A stretch of DNA of 64,000 nt from a virus, in IMG/VR virus record IMGVR_UViG_3300007513_000013, positions 1 to 64,000 of that record; one strand, given 5' to 3'. A model generated the notes under the pieces. It was not told the origin of the DNA, did not search any database, and saw nothing but the letters and a program-made list of their open reading frames with translations. Of the stretch, positions 1 through 8,169 are shown one piece after another. Within the stretch, counting starts at the first letter, position 1, and each line of letters opens with the position of its first letter. The position numbers were made by a program, and so were the translations under genes.

Positions 1-29
1 TTGACATATAAATTTAAGTGAGGTATAAT
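1..29 (+). promoter_or_regulatory. sigma70-type promoter for tRNA cluster
   Basis: TTGACA(1-6)-17 nt-TATAAT(24-29), perfect consensus, 14 nt before tRNA-Arg. Confidence 0.85.
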
Positions 30-42
30 TGTTACATGATAA

Positions 43-114
43 ACCCCTATAGTCTAGTGGAAAGGCAACGGTCTTCTAAACCGTCATACGCTGGTTCAAA
101 TCCAGCTAGGGGTT
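43..114 (+). tRNA. tRNA-Arg(TCT)
   Basis: Acceptor ACCCCTA/TAGGGGT, D arm GTCT/AGGC, anticodon arm ACGGT-CTTCTAA-ACCGT, T arm GCTGG-TTCAAAT-CCAGC; no encoded CCA. Confidence 0.92.
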
Positions 115-122
115 CTAATTTT

Positions 123-215
123 AATGAAAATGTAAAAAAAGAACTAGATAAGTGTTTATGTTTGTGTGCAAATTGCCACAGGGAAGAACATGCCATAACA
201 AAAGGAATATTATAG
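123..215 (+). pseudogene. C-terminal remnant of an HNH endonuclease
   Basis: Reads NENVKKELDKCLCLCANCHREEH, typical of phage HNH C-termini; no start or N-terminal half, abuts the tRNA-Arg 3' end. Confidence 0.6.
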
Positions 216-250
216 CCCGAGGGTCGCAGGTTCGAATCCTGCCGAGGGTA
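211..250 (+). pseudogene. 3' half of a tRNA (T arm and 3' acceptor strand only)
   Basis: GGTC-GCAGG-TTCGAAT-CCTGC-CGAGGGT-A; matching 5' acceptor strand and D arm absent upstream. Confidence 0.7.
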
Positions 251-274
251 CTATAGATATAGGGGGATTGTTTT

Positions 275-511
275 TTGGGGAAGAGGACAACGGTTATAAA
301 ATGCAAGGGATGCGAAACCATATACCATTATAAAGATTTTCAAACAATTGATGCGCATGCCATTTGTGGCTGTCAAAACATTGAAATACTTTGTGAAAAG
401 CAAGAAAATAGCCGCCACGAATTTTTTATAATGGTTATCTATAGGAAAGAAAGACCAGATGTGTTTGAGGCAGATGAGCGCCGCCTGCGTAGGCGCGCCC
501 CATTTAAATAA
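275..511 (+). CDS. small Zn-finger-like hypothetical protein
   Basis: CKGC...CGC motifs; GGGGA RBS upstream. Confidence 0.55.
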   Translation: MGKRTTVIKCKGCETIYHYKDFQTIDAHAICGCQNIEILCEKQENSRHEFFIMVIYRKERPDVFEADERRLRRRAPFK

Positions 512-544
512 AAAATATTTACTATGCTAAAACACCCTTAAAGG

Positions 545-553
545 ACTAATTAT
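545..553 (+). promoter_or_regulatory. putative late-promoter element ACTA(A/T)TTA (first of about 15 copies)
   Basis: ACTAATTAT 4 nt before ATG 558; same or similar element at 18433, 20787, 24142, 26370, 28559, 30252, 42641, 42836, 43296, 45840, 48081, 49021, 55928, 56159. Confidence 0.6.
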
Positions 554-557
554 AATT

Positions 558-962
558 ATGAAATTAACTAAATCAAAACTTAAACAAATTATTAAGGAAG
601 AACTCTCAAATGTATTAAAAGAGGGCGACGCGATGGGTCATCATGAAGCGCCTCCTCCAAACCGGTTTGAACTAGAATACAATCAACTTAAGGCCGAGCT
701 TCAAAAAGAGTGGGAAGAAAACGATCAACAAGTCTCCGGAACTTGGCAATCTCCTGAAAAAATTACAGCTTCAGTTATACAGTATTCTAATATGGAAGAT
801 GAAGATCTGCATCACCTTGTGTCTGATGCTGTGGAAGAATATAATCAAACTCATGAAGATGAAATTCATATTGATATGGACGAGGTTTACGAAGAACTAC
901 ATTCACAAGGCTACGCAGATTATCAAAGTCAACGAGAAGACGAAGCAACAAACCCCTGGTAA
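558..962 (+). CDS. acidic probable virion/internal protein with MKLTK..IIKEEL N-terminal motif
   Basis: N-terminus MKLTKSKLKQIIKEELSNVLKE shared with ORFs at 28572, 42866, 44167, 44715, 49825. Confidence 0.7.
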   Translation: MKLTKSKLKQIIKEELSNVLKEGDAMGHHEAPPPNRFELEYNQLKAELQKEWEENDQQVSGTWQSPEKITASVIQYSNMEDEDLHHLVSDAVEEYNQTHEDEIHIDMDEVYEELHSQGYADYQSQREDEATNPW

Positions 963-985
963 AATAAAAAAGATCAAGTTTTCTC

Positions 986-1014
986 TTGATCTCCTCCCTA
1001 AAGTCTGTTATTAT
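986..1014 (+). promoter_or_regulatory. sigma70-type promoter
   Basis: TTGATC-17-TATTAT with TG extension. Confidence 0.5.
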
Positions 1015-1018
1015 ATAC

Positions 1019-1216
1019 ATGATGAAAATTGGTGATTTAGTGACGGTTAAGCCTGCGAGAGGCGGCCTTTACTTTATAACAAATTTAAATGCCTCTGAGG
1101 GCTTCGGCCCCTTCTTGTTGCCGTTGCCGGATTGTGTAATGGTAACAGACATAGAAACAGGAATGGAATTGCCAATGGATAAGAAATGGGTGGAGATTAT
1201 TAGTAAAGTAAGTTAA
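1019..1216 (+). CDS. small MKxGDLV-family beta-barrel (SH3/KOW-like) protein
   Basis: MMKIGDLVTVK...VEIIS; real start is 1019/1022, not 986. Confidence 0.7.
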   Translation: MMKIGDLVTVKPARGGLYFITNLNASEGFGPFLLPLPDCVMVTDIETGMELPMDKKWVEIISKVS

Positions 1217-1221
1217 ATTAT

Positions 1222-1431
1222 GCCAGGGTAGCTCAGTGGAAGAGCGCTGCCCAGTAGGATACCTGATGTCTGCGTGACTATTATAACACGGAATTAATTA
1301 ATCCGGTAGTACGGCGGCGATGCGGCTGCTCACGACTAATTGAGACAAAAGGTTGAAACGCTTGCAAGGGTTTGAGCGAGTGGATCTACGTTACGAGGTG
1401 GAGGTCGGTGGTTCGAATCCAACCCCTGGTA
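1222..1431 (+). tRNA. tRNA-Val(TAC) interrupted in the anticodon loop (exons 1222-1252 and 1391-1431)
   Basis: Acceptor GCCAGGG/CCCTGGT plus A73, D arm GCTC-AGTGGAA-GAGC, anticodon stem CTGCC/GGTGG, T arm GGTGG-TTCGAAT-CCAAC; joining C1252 to T1391 gives the loop CT-TAC-GA. Confidence 0.75.
1253..1390 (+). ncRNA. 138-nt structured intervening sequence (putative tRNA intron of unknown class)
   Basis: Several hairpins (CGTG/CACG, CGGA/TCCG, GGCGGC/GCTGCT, CGCTT/GAGCG); ends pair (GTAGG/TCTAC); terminal G. Confidence 0.6.
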
Positions 1432-1447
1432 CTAAAAGGAGATTTCA

Positions 1448-1537
1448 ATGACACAAGAGTATATTGACGCAGTTATGGTATTTGTTTTAGTAGTTTTGTG
1501 GGTTATGCTCGTAAGAGAATCAAACCGTGAAGAATAA
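1448..1537 (+). CDS. 29-aa single-TM peptide
   Basis: AGGAG RBS; MTQEYIDAVMVFVLVVLWVMLVRESNREE. Confidence 0.55.
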   Translation: MTQEYIDAVMVFVLVVLWVMLVRESNREE

Positions 1538-1542
1538 AATGG

Positions 1543-1571
1543 TTGACAAGCAAAGCAGAATAATATAAGAT
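1543..1571 (+). promoter_or_regulatory. sigma70-type promoter for tRNA-Leu/tRNA-CAT
   Basis: TTGACA-17-TAAGAT. Confidence 0.7.
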
Positions 1572-1585
1572 GTATGTGATGAATT

Positions 1586-1669
1586 GGCTGAATGGCGGAA
1601 TTGGTAGACGCAAGGGACTTAAAATCCCTTGTCCGTATGGGCGTGAGGGTTCAAGTCCCTCTTCAGCTA
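1586..1669 (+). tRNA. tRNA-Leu(TAA)
   Basis: Acceptor GGCTGAA/TTCAGCT, anticodon arm AGGGA-CTTAAAA-TCCCT, long variable arm, T arm GAGGG-TTCAAGT-CCCTC. Confidence 0.93.
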
Positions 1670-1674
1670 CTTAT

Positions 1675-1747
1675 ACTCTCGTAGCTCAGTTGGTAGAGCA
1701 AGCGGCTCATAACCGCCCGGTCGTAGGTTCGAGTCCTACCGGGAGTA
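1675..1747 (+). tRNA. tRNA with CAT anticodon (elongator Met or Ile2; not initiator)
   Basis: Acceptor ACTCTCG/CGGGAGT (1:72 paired), loop CTCATAA, T arm GTAGG-TTCGAGT-CCTAC. Confidence 0.9.
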
Positions 1748-1762
1748 CTGCAAAAAAGGGGA

Positions 1763-3130
1763 TTGTTTTTGGACTTTAATGAAAAAGCAGATTTTTCACA
1801 ATTTGGAAAATCATTTCAAGAAAATTTATGTCAGTTAATATTATATGATCGAGCGTACGCTGATCAAATGAAGGAAATCTTAGATATTTCTTTCTTAGAG
1901 CTTACATATTTACAAGTATTTGTTGATCGAGTTTTTAAGTATAAGAGCAAATACGACATACACCCATCTATTGAGATCATGACCACAATTCTACGCACAG
2001 AAGTCACTAACGAAAATGAAGTAGTTCAAAAACAAATACGTGATTTCTTTGCGAGAATGCTTCGAACAGAAGTGCAAGATAAAGAGTACATTAAAGAAAC
2101 TTCTATTGATTTTTGTCGAAAACAAGTACTTAAAGGCGCCATTTTACAATCTGTTCCGCTCTTACAGCGCTCTTCATTCGAAGATGTGCAAAAGCTAATT
2201 AACGATGCCATGAAACTTGGCTTGGATAATGATTATGGCTATGATTATGTGAAGGACTTTGAAAAAAGATTTGAAATAGTTTGCCGCCAGCCAATTACAA
2301 CCGGTTGGAAAATAGTTGATGGTTTGTGCGGCGGCGGTTTAGGCCGCGGAGAACTTGGAGTTGTAATCGCTCCTACCGGCGCCGGTAAGTCAATGGCATT
2401 AGTGCATTTAGGCGCAAAGGCGCTACAAGAAGGAAAAACTGTAGTTCAATATACTTTAGAACTACAAGACACAGTTATTGCTTCTCGATATGATAGTTGT
2501 ATTACTGGTATTCCTTTGACTGAGGTTTTTTCTAAAAGAGAAGAGATCCTTGAACAAGTTCAAGAATTAGAGGGACAATTAATTATTAAAGAATATCCAA
2601 CGAAAGTAGCCACAACAGACACAATTTCTAATCATTTGAAGAAGTTGCAGGAGCGTGGAAAAAAGATTGGTTTAATCATTGTTGATTATGCTGATTTATT
2701 ACGATCAAAACACAAAAATTATGAGAAAAGACATGAATTGGAATCTATTTATGAAGACCTCCGAGGAATTGCTCAAGAGTTTGCATGTCCACTCTGGACA
2801 GCTTCTCAGACCAATAGATCGGGATTGAATGCAGAGGTCGTTACAATGGAGGCGATATCTGAAGCGTTTAATAAGTGTTTTGTGGCAGACTTCATATTTT
2901 CAATTTCTAGAAACATTGAACACAAAAACACAAATGGAGGAAGGATGTTTATTGCAAAAAATAGAAATGGACCTGATGGGATGGTCTATCCTATATTCAT
3001 GGACACAAGAAATGTAAAAATAGATGTTCTGCCTCATGTTGAGAACTACGAAGAGATTAAAAGCAACGCTCTTAAAAAACAAGAAAACAAACTTAAAGAA
3101 AAATATAAGAAATTCAGACAAAAGAGGTAA
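1763..3130 (+). CDS. dnaB: replicative DnaB/gp41-like helicase
   Basis: Walker A APTGAGKS, IIVDYADLL, SQTNR motifs. Confidence 0.9.
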   Translation: MFLDFNEKADFSQFGKSFQENLCQLILYDRAYADQMKEILDISFLELTYLQVFVDRVFKYKSKYDIHPSIEIMTTILRTEVTNENEVVQKQIRDFFARMLRTEVQDKEYIKETSIDFCRKQVLKGAILQSVPLLQRSSFEDVQKLINDAMKLGLDNDYGYDYVKDFEKRFEIVCRQPITTGWKIVDGLCGGGLGRGELGVVIAPTGAGKSMALVHLGAKALQEGKTVVQYTLELQDTVIASRYDSCITGIPLTEVFSKREEILEQVQELEGQLIIKEYPTKVATTDTISNHLKKLQERGKKIGLIIVDYADLLRSKHKNYEKRHELESIYEDLRGIAQEFACPLWTASQTNRSGLNAEVVTMEAISEAFNKCFVADFIFSISRNIEHKNTNGGRMFIAKNRNGPDGMVYPIFMDTRNVKIDVLPHVENYEEIKSNALKKQENKLKEKYKKFRQKR

Positions 3131-3132
3131 TA

Positions 3133-5553
3133 ATGCACAGCAACGCTAACGAAGCAAAAGAAAAGACATTAGAATATTTTAACGGGGACGAACTGGCTGC
3201 AAACGTCTTTCTCACAAAGTACGCACTAAAAGATAAAAAAGGCAGCATATTAGAAGAAACTCCAGATGAAATGCACAAGCGCATGGCAAAAGAATTTGCT
3301 AGGATTGAAAAGAAATATGAAAAAGAGGCTCTTTCTTACGAAGAAATTTACGGCCTATTAAAAGACTTCAAGCAAATAGTTCCACAAGGGTCTCCAATGA
3401 TGGGTATTGGAAATGACTTTGTTAGTGTTTCTTTATCTAACTGTGTGGTGGTTGAATCCCCAAACGACAGCATGTCTTCCATTATAGACGCAGGCAAAGA
3501 TCTAGCAAATCTTTTTAAGCGAAGGTGCGGCGTGGGCTTGGACATATCAGAGTTAAGACCAGAAAACACTCCGGTCAACAATTCAGCAGGAACAACAACT
3601 GGAGCTTGGTCCTTTGCTGATTTTTATTCTTACGTTTGTCGCATGGTGGGTCAAAACGGTAGGCGCGGCGCCCTTATGATCACGATGGACGTGAGACATC
3701 CGGACATTGAACAGTTTATAACAATGAAACACAACCTGACTAAAGTTACAGGAGCAAACGTATCAGTAAAAATAACTGATGACTTTATGAGGGCGGTCGA
3801 AGGCGATGAAGATTTTGACTTATGTTTTCCAATAGGCGCCTCAGAGCCAACAAAGATAAAAACAGTGAAGGCTAAAGAATTGTGGAATTTAATCGTTGAT
3901 TCCGCTACAAAAACGGCTGAACCCGGCATCTTAATGTGGGATAACATAACTAAATATTTACCGGCAGAATCATACGCAGAGGACGGGTTTAAAACTGTCT
4001 GTACCAACCCTTGCTCCGAAATTCCTTTGTCCGCTTATGATAGTTGCAGGCTCATTTCTATTAATTTAAAACACTTTGTAGAGAACAAGTTTACAAAAAA
4101 TGCTTACTTCAATCTTGAGCAATTTAAGAACGTTGTGAGATCTGGAATGAGATTGTCAGACGACTTGGTGGAGCTTGAGTTAGAAAAACTTGAAAAGATC
4201 ATTGAAGTGGCTGACACGCCAGATGAAAAGGCTTTGTGGGAGAAGCTCTATATTGCCTGCAAAAAAGGACGTCGCACGGGCCTGGGTACACATGGGCTAG
4301 CAGATGCAATTGCATGTCTTAATTTAGCTTACGATTCTAAAAAAGCCCTAAAAGTTATTGATAGTATATACGGCGCCCTGAAAAACACCGCATACAGAGA
4401 AAGCTGTGCACTTGCGCGAGAACGCGGCGCCTTTGAAATATTTGATTGGGAAAAGGAAAAGAATAACCTTTTCATAAAAAGCTTGGCCCCCGCTTTGCAG
4501 GAGTTGATGGAAAAACACGGAAGAAGGAACATTTCAATATTAACAAACGCTCCAACCGGATCTGTTTCGATAATGTCTCAGACAAGTTCTGGTTTAGAGC
4601 CAGTGTTCCGCAATTCATACATTAGGCGCAGAAAGCTGAGTCACAATGAAGAAGGCGTTGAAGCTGATTTTGTAGATGAGCTAGGGGACAGGTGGTTAGA
4701 ATATGAAGTTTATCATCATAATATAAAAGACTGGATGGAACTCAACAAGGGCGCTACTCCTGATTTTTTTGTTACGAGCGATCAAATCAGCTGGAAAAAG
4801 CGAGTTGAAATTCAGGCCGTTATACAAAAACACATTGATCACGCCATAAGCTCAACAATCAATTTGCCAAAAGATACACCAACGGAAACGGTCGCGGACC
4901 TTTACATGAAAGGGTGGAAACTTGGTCTTAAAGGGATTACAGTTTATGTCGACGGCTCGCGCTCTGGTGTTTTGCTAACGAAAGAAGACATGTCGAAAGA
5001 AGCATTTCCTCAGAATGGGGCCCCAAAAAGACCTGAGAGGATATCGTGTGATATTCACCACACCACTATAAAGGGAGAGAGATGGACAATATTGGTTGGA
5101 CTTTATGACGATAAACCATACGAGGTTTTGGGTGGGTTGTCGAATTACATAGAGATTCCCAAAAAATATGTAAGTGGTAAAATGATCAAACACCACTTTA
5201 AAACAAAGAACAATCGATATGACCTGAAGTTTGGCGAGAATGGAAACGAGATTATAATAAAAGACATTGTGGCGGTTTTCGATAACCCAAATAATTCTGC
5301 TTTTACACGAATGATTTCGCTGAGTTTGCGTCACGGAGCCCCACCTAGATTATTGGTGGAGCAACTTCTAAAGGATAGAGATCACGACATGTTTAGTTTC
5401 GCTCGTTGCATTGCTAGAATTCTTAAGAATTATATTTGTGACGGCGAAGAAGCACATTCTGACAAGGGTTGTTCAGAATGCGGAGAAGAGGGTTTAGTAT
5501 ATCAGGATGGTTGTGTTACATGCACCGGCTGCGGATATGCAAAATGTGGTTAA
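3133..5553 (+). CDS. nrdJ: class II (B12-dependent) ribonucleotide reductase
   Basis: SNCVV, TNPCSEI, TNAPTGSVS motifs; C-terminal TSCPD-like region and CxxC Zn ribbon; no nrdB partner. Confidence 0.9.
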   Translation: MHSNANEAKEKTLEYFNGDELAANVFLTKYALKDKKGSILEETPDEMHKRMAKEFARIEKKYEKEALSYEEIYGLLKDFKQIVPQGSPMMGIGNDFVSVSLSNCVVVESPNDSMSSIIDAGKDLANLFKRRCGVGLDISELRPENTPVNNSAGTTTGAWSFADFYSYVCRMVGQNGRRGALMITMDVRHPDIEQFITMKHNLTKVTGANVSVKITDDFMRAVEGDEDFDLCFPIGASEPTKIKTVKAKELWNLIVDSATKTAEPGILMWDNITKYLPAESYAEDGFKTVCTNPCSEIPLSAYDSCRLISINLKHFVENKFTKNAYFNLEQFKNVVRSGMRLSDDLVELELEKLEKIIEVADTPDEKALWEKLYIACKKGRRTGLGTHGLADAIACLNLAYDSKKALKVIDSIYGALKNTAYRESCALARERGAFEIFDWEKEKNNLFIKSLAPALQELMEKHGRRNISILTNAPTGSVSIMSQTSSGLEPVFRNSYIRRRKLSHNEEGVEADFVDELGDRWLEYEVYHHNIKDWMELNKGATPDFFVTSDQISWKKRVEIQAVIQKHIDHAISSTINLPKDTPTETVADLYMKGWKLGLKGITVYVDGSRSGVLLTKEDMSKEAFPQNGAPKRPERISCDIHHTTIKGERWTILVGLYDDKPYEVLGGLSNYIEIPKKYVSGKMIKHHFKTKNNRYDLKFGENGNEIIIKDIVAVFDNPNNSAFTRMISLSLRHGAPPRLLVEQLLKDRDHDMFSFARCIARILKNYICDGEEAHSDKGCSECGEEGLVYQDGCVTCTGCGYAKCG

Positions 5554-5604
5554 AATAACTTAACAAACAAGATATAATAAGATATAATAAAAAAAGGAGG
5601 ATTT

Positions 5605-5898
5605 ATGTCTGTTGAACTAAAACTATTTGAAAATAACAAGGATGAGGAAGTTACGAAGGAGCAATACACGATTAGCTATCTCAAATCAATGCTGGCTATC
5701 GAGCAAGCAATGGAGCCTTACAAGGAACAAAAAAAGGAATTGCGAAAAGAGTATATGGATAATGGGTGGCTAACGCGCCAAGATATTTGGAGCGCAGTAA
5801 AAGCTCTTCGTTTGTATGAACAGGATGCCGATATGGATGATTTGAATGATATGTTTGATACCATCGAAAGACAGTTCGGGGTAAAAAGTGACCTTTAA
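5605..5898 (+). CDS. small helical protein, possibly GapR/DsbA-like dsDNA binder
   Basis: Coiled-coil IEQAMEPYKEQKKELRKEY pattern; GGAGG RBS. Confidence 0.4.
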   Translation: MSVELKLFENNKDEEVTKEQYTISYLKSMLAIEQAMEPYKEQKKELRKEYMDNGWLTRQDIWSAVKALRLYEQDADMDDLNDMFDTIERQFGVKSDL

Positions 5899-6172
5899 AC
5901 CAGTTAATCGTTATATATGGGTAGAGCACGTTGAAGAGAGTGTCACTGAAGAAGCCAAACCAACAATATTGGTCCCGGCCGATTATAACGTACCGGTAAG
6001 TCCATATGGAGTTTGCAAAATTCTTAAAGTGGCTGAAGATTGTGGAAAGTTTTCCGCTCAGGATGAAGAAAAAACTGCCATAGTGAACTTTTCAATGGTC
6101 GAAGACGTTAAATTTGATGGAAATATATACCATCTAATATCAGAAAACCACATTTATGCTATTGTGGAATAA
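5888..6172 (+). CDS. groES: GroES-like co-chaperonin
   Basis: MTFKPVNRYIWVE, mobile-loop ILVP, C-terminal DGNIYHLISENHIYAIVE. Confidence 0.65.
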   Translation: MTFKPVNRYIWVEHVEESVTEEAKPTILVPADYNVPVSPYGVCKILKVAEDCGKFSAQDEEKTAIVNFSMVEDVKFDGNIYHLISENHIYAIVE

Positions 6173-6184
6173 AGGAAAAAGAAA

Positions 6185-6331
6185 ATGAGTAATTATGTAT
6201 TAAGAAAGGGCGATGAAGGCCAAGAAGTTATTGTTAACAATTCAATGGTTGAAGAAATTAAAGTTCATGAAGGAACACACTACTTACTTTTAGAGAATTA
6301 TGTCTATGGTTTAACTCACCAAGGAGACTAG
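6185..6331 (+). pseudogene. 48-aa chimera: endolysin N-terminus fused to GroES-like C-terminus
   Basis: MSNYVLRKGDEGQEV matches ORF 7312 start (MSYILRKGDEGQEV); IVNNSMVEEIK..HYLLLENYVY matches the ORF 5888 end (IVNFSMVEDVK..YHLISENHIY). Confidence 0.7.
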
Positions 6332-6333
6332 GC

Positions 6334-7071
6334 ATGGAAAAACTAATCGAGAGCTGGCGAAAATTTCTTGCCGAATCAAAAGAAGAAGTTATAGCTGATA
6401 AGATAAAAGAAGTTAAATTTAATTCAATTCTTGCGCTGTCTGTTTTCAGGGACGAGGGAGCTTTAACCGAGGCACCCACCACGGCGCTTGAGTATGAAAT
6501 AAGTTTAGCTGAAACCCCAAATGAAGAAGTTGTAAAAGGGTTTCACGAATCATTATATAGCGGAGGTCGAACCGGATTTTTATCTCCTTATTCTTTTGAC
6601 GAATTGAGAGTGATGGATTTATATAAGTTAAGAGGCCACAATGCGGGATTTGCTATTAAAGATGGCGATGATATTGTTAGTGTGCACAATAATTCTAATT
6701 TATCCGGACTGGCAAATGAATTCATGAGAAAAGCAAAAGAAGTTGGCGGCGCAAGACTGGATCATTTTGATGGCTTTCTAAGTGGTCTGTACAGAAAGCA
6801 CGGGTTCACAGATGTGTACGAAATTTATCAATGGGATGAACAATACGCTCCAGAAGAATGGAGTTTTGAAAAAATAGATATCATGAACCCGTTGACTAGC
6901 GTGTATGCAGAGGCTCTAGGCTTGCTCACCCATGAGGATCCAAGCGCCTTACCAAATGAATCAGTAGAAGTTGAGGCCGAAGACGACTTAAAGCTTGACA
7001 TTAATCCAAATTTAAAATACAATAGTTACAGATATGGCCGCCCCGATGTGATCATGAGAAGGCTAGCTTAA
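6334..7071 (+). CDS. GNAT-like domain protein with MxxLIESWRKFL N-terminal motif
   Basis: GFAIKDGDDIVSVH...GGARLDHFDGFLSGLYRKHGF...WDEQYAP resembles GNAT-like domains of phage polyvalent proteins. Confidence 0.55.
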   Translation: MEKLIESWRKFLAESKEEVIADKIKEVKFNSILALSVFRDEGALTEAPTTALEYEISLAETPNEEVVKGFHESLYSGGRTGFLSPYSFDELRVMDLYKLRGHNAGFAIKDGDDIVSVHNNSNLSGLANEFMRKAKEVGGARLDHFDGFLSGLYRKHGFTDVYEIYQWDEQYAPEEWSFEKIDIMNPLTSVYAEALGLLTHEDPSALPNESVEVEAEDDLKLDINPNLKYNSYRYGRPDVIMRRLA

Positions 7072-7084
7072 ATTTGGAGGTTTA

Positions 7085-7291
7085 ATGTACAAAGTACACG
7101 ATGGGTGTTTCTTTAAGATAGAGGAAATAGTTGCAGTTTGGTCCGAAAAATACAGCGATCCGAAACTGGATCAAGAATGTTATTTGGTAAGAGTGTTTTT
7201 TAAAAACAATTCTACAATTTTAACGATTGCAAACTTTCCTTCAAAGGAAAAGGCGGATGATTTGATTCGCAAAATTAGTAAAACAAGATAA
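7085..7291 (+). CDS. hypothetical protein
   Basis: GGAGG RBS, 68 aa. Confidence 0.6.
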   Translation: MYKVHDGCFFKIEEIVAVWSEKYSDPKLDQECYLVRVFFKNNSTILTIANFPSKEKADDLIRKISKTR

Positions 7292-7311
7292 AAAACAACA
7301 GGAGAAATTAG

Positions 7312-8169
7312 ATGAGTTATATACTAAGGAAGGGCGATGAAGGCCAAGAGGTGAAAAGGCTACAAAATTGTCTCTCCGTCTCGCCAGATGGAAAATTTGG
7401 ACCAAAAACAGAAAAAGCAGTTAAAGAATATCAGACCCAAAACAAATTAACAGTTGATGGTGTCGTAGGACCCCAGACACTAAAGAGTTTGGGAATTGAT
7501 GTGCTGCACGGTATCGACGTTAGCGCTTGGAATGGGAGAAATATTGACTGGAAAGAGGTTAGTAAAACAAACGTTAAGTTTTGTTGGATTAAAGTCACAG
7601 AAGGCCAAACGCATGTTAATGGTGGACATGCTGCTAAATTTGAAGGAGCTAGAGATGCTGGCTTGATTGTTGGTGGATATCATTTTGGACGACCAGATTA
7701 TAATAAATATGATAACCCCTACACAGATGCGGAAAAAGAAGCCCATCACTTTTTAAAGCACCTTAAAAAGGTCGGCGCACACTCTGGTGACCTATTGCCG
7801 GTGTTGGACGTTGAGGCTGGAATGAAAACCGACGATCAGTACAACGTGGATTGGGCTTTAAAGTGGCTTGACGTAGTAGAAGAGGAGTTGGGTGTTAAAT
7901 CGGTAATATATACCGCAAAGTGGGCCTGGAGCCTTTATTTATACAAAGCAAATAAAGACGACCTTAAAAGACTGACAACGGAATATCCAGTTTGGTATGC
8001 GCGCTATAAACGCAAGAAACATCTCGTAGGACCAGAGGATAAGCTTAAGGGCTGGAAAGAGTGGGATGTGTGGCAATATACTGGTCATGGCACGTGCCCG
8101 GGCCTTAAAGGCCGATGCGATTTAAATTGGATGGCTGGAAATCAGTTAAAAAACTTGACAATTCCATAA
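7312..8169 (+). CDS. endolysin: N-terminal PG-binding domain plus GH25 muramidase
   Basis: LRKGDEGQEVKRLQ..DGKFGPKT..DGVVGPQT; GIDVSAWNG, KVTEG, LDVE, WQYTGHG..DLN. Confidence 0.9.
   Translation: MSYILRKGDEGQEVKRLQNCLSVSPDGKFGPKTEKAVKEYQTQNKLTVDGVVGPQTLKSLGIDVLHGIDVSAWNGRNIDWKEVSKTNVKFCWIKVTEGQTHVNGGHAAKFEGARDAGLIVGGYHFGRPDYNKYDNPYTDAEKEAHHFLKHLKKVGAHSGDLLPVLDVEAGMKTDDQYNVDWALKWLDVVEEELGVKSVIYTAKWAWSLYLYKANKDDLKRLTTEYPVWYARYKRKKHLVGPEDKLKGWKEWDVWQYTGHGTCPGLKGRCDLNWMAGNQLKNLTIP

Noticed and set aside
18-215. 65-aa ORF in the track
   Set aside because: It runs through the promoter and tRNA-Arg; only the last ~30 codons (HNH remnant) look protein-like
1263-1385. Hammerhead-like CTGATG...GAAAC in the tRNA insertion
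   Set aside because: The core reads CTGATGT rather than CUGANGA, there is no stem II closing pair, and stem III is followed by GA instead of the required UH; not a canonical hammerhead
1222-1431. tmRNA interpretation of the interrupted tRNA
   Set aside because: It has a full D stem, lacks the G3-U70 alanine identity pair, and shows no convincing resume codon or Ala-ending tag
1570-1779. 69-aa ORF in the track
   Set aside because: Shadow of tRNA-Leu and the CAT tRNA
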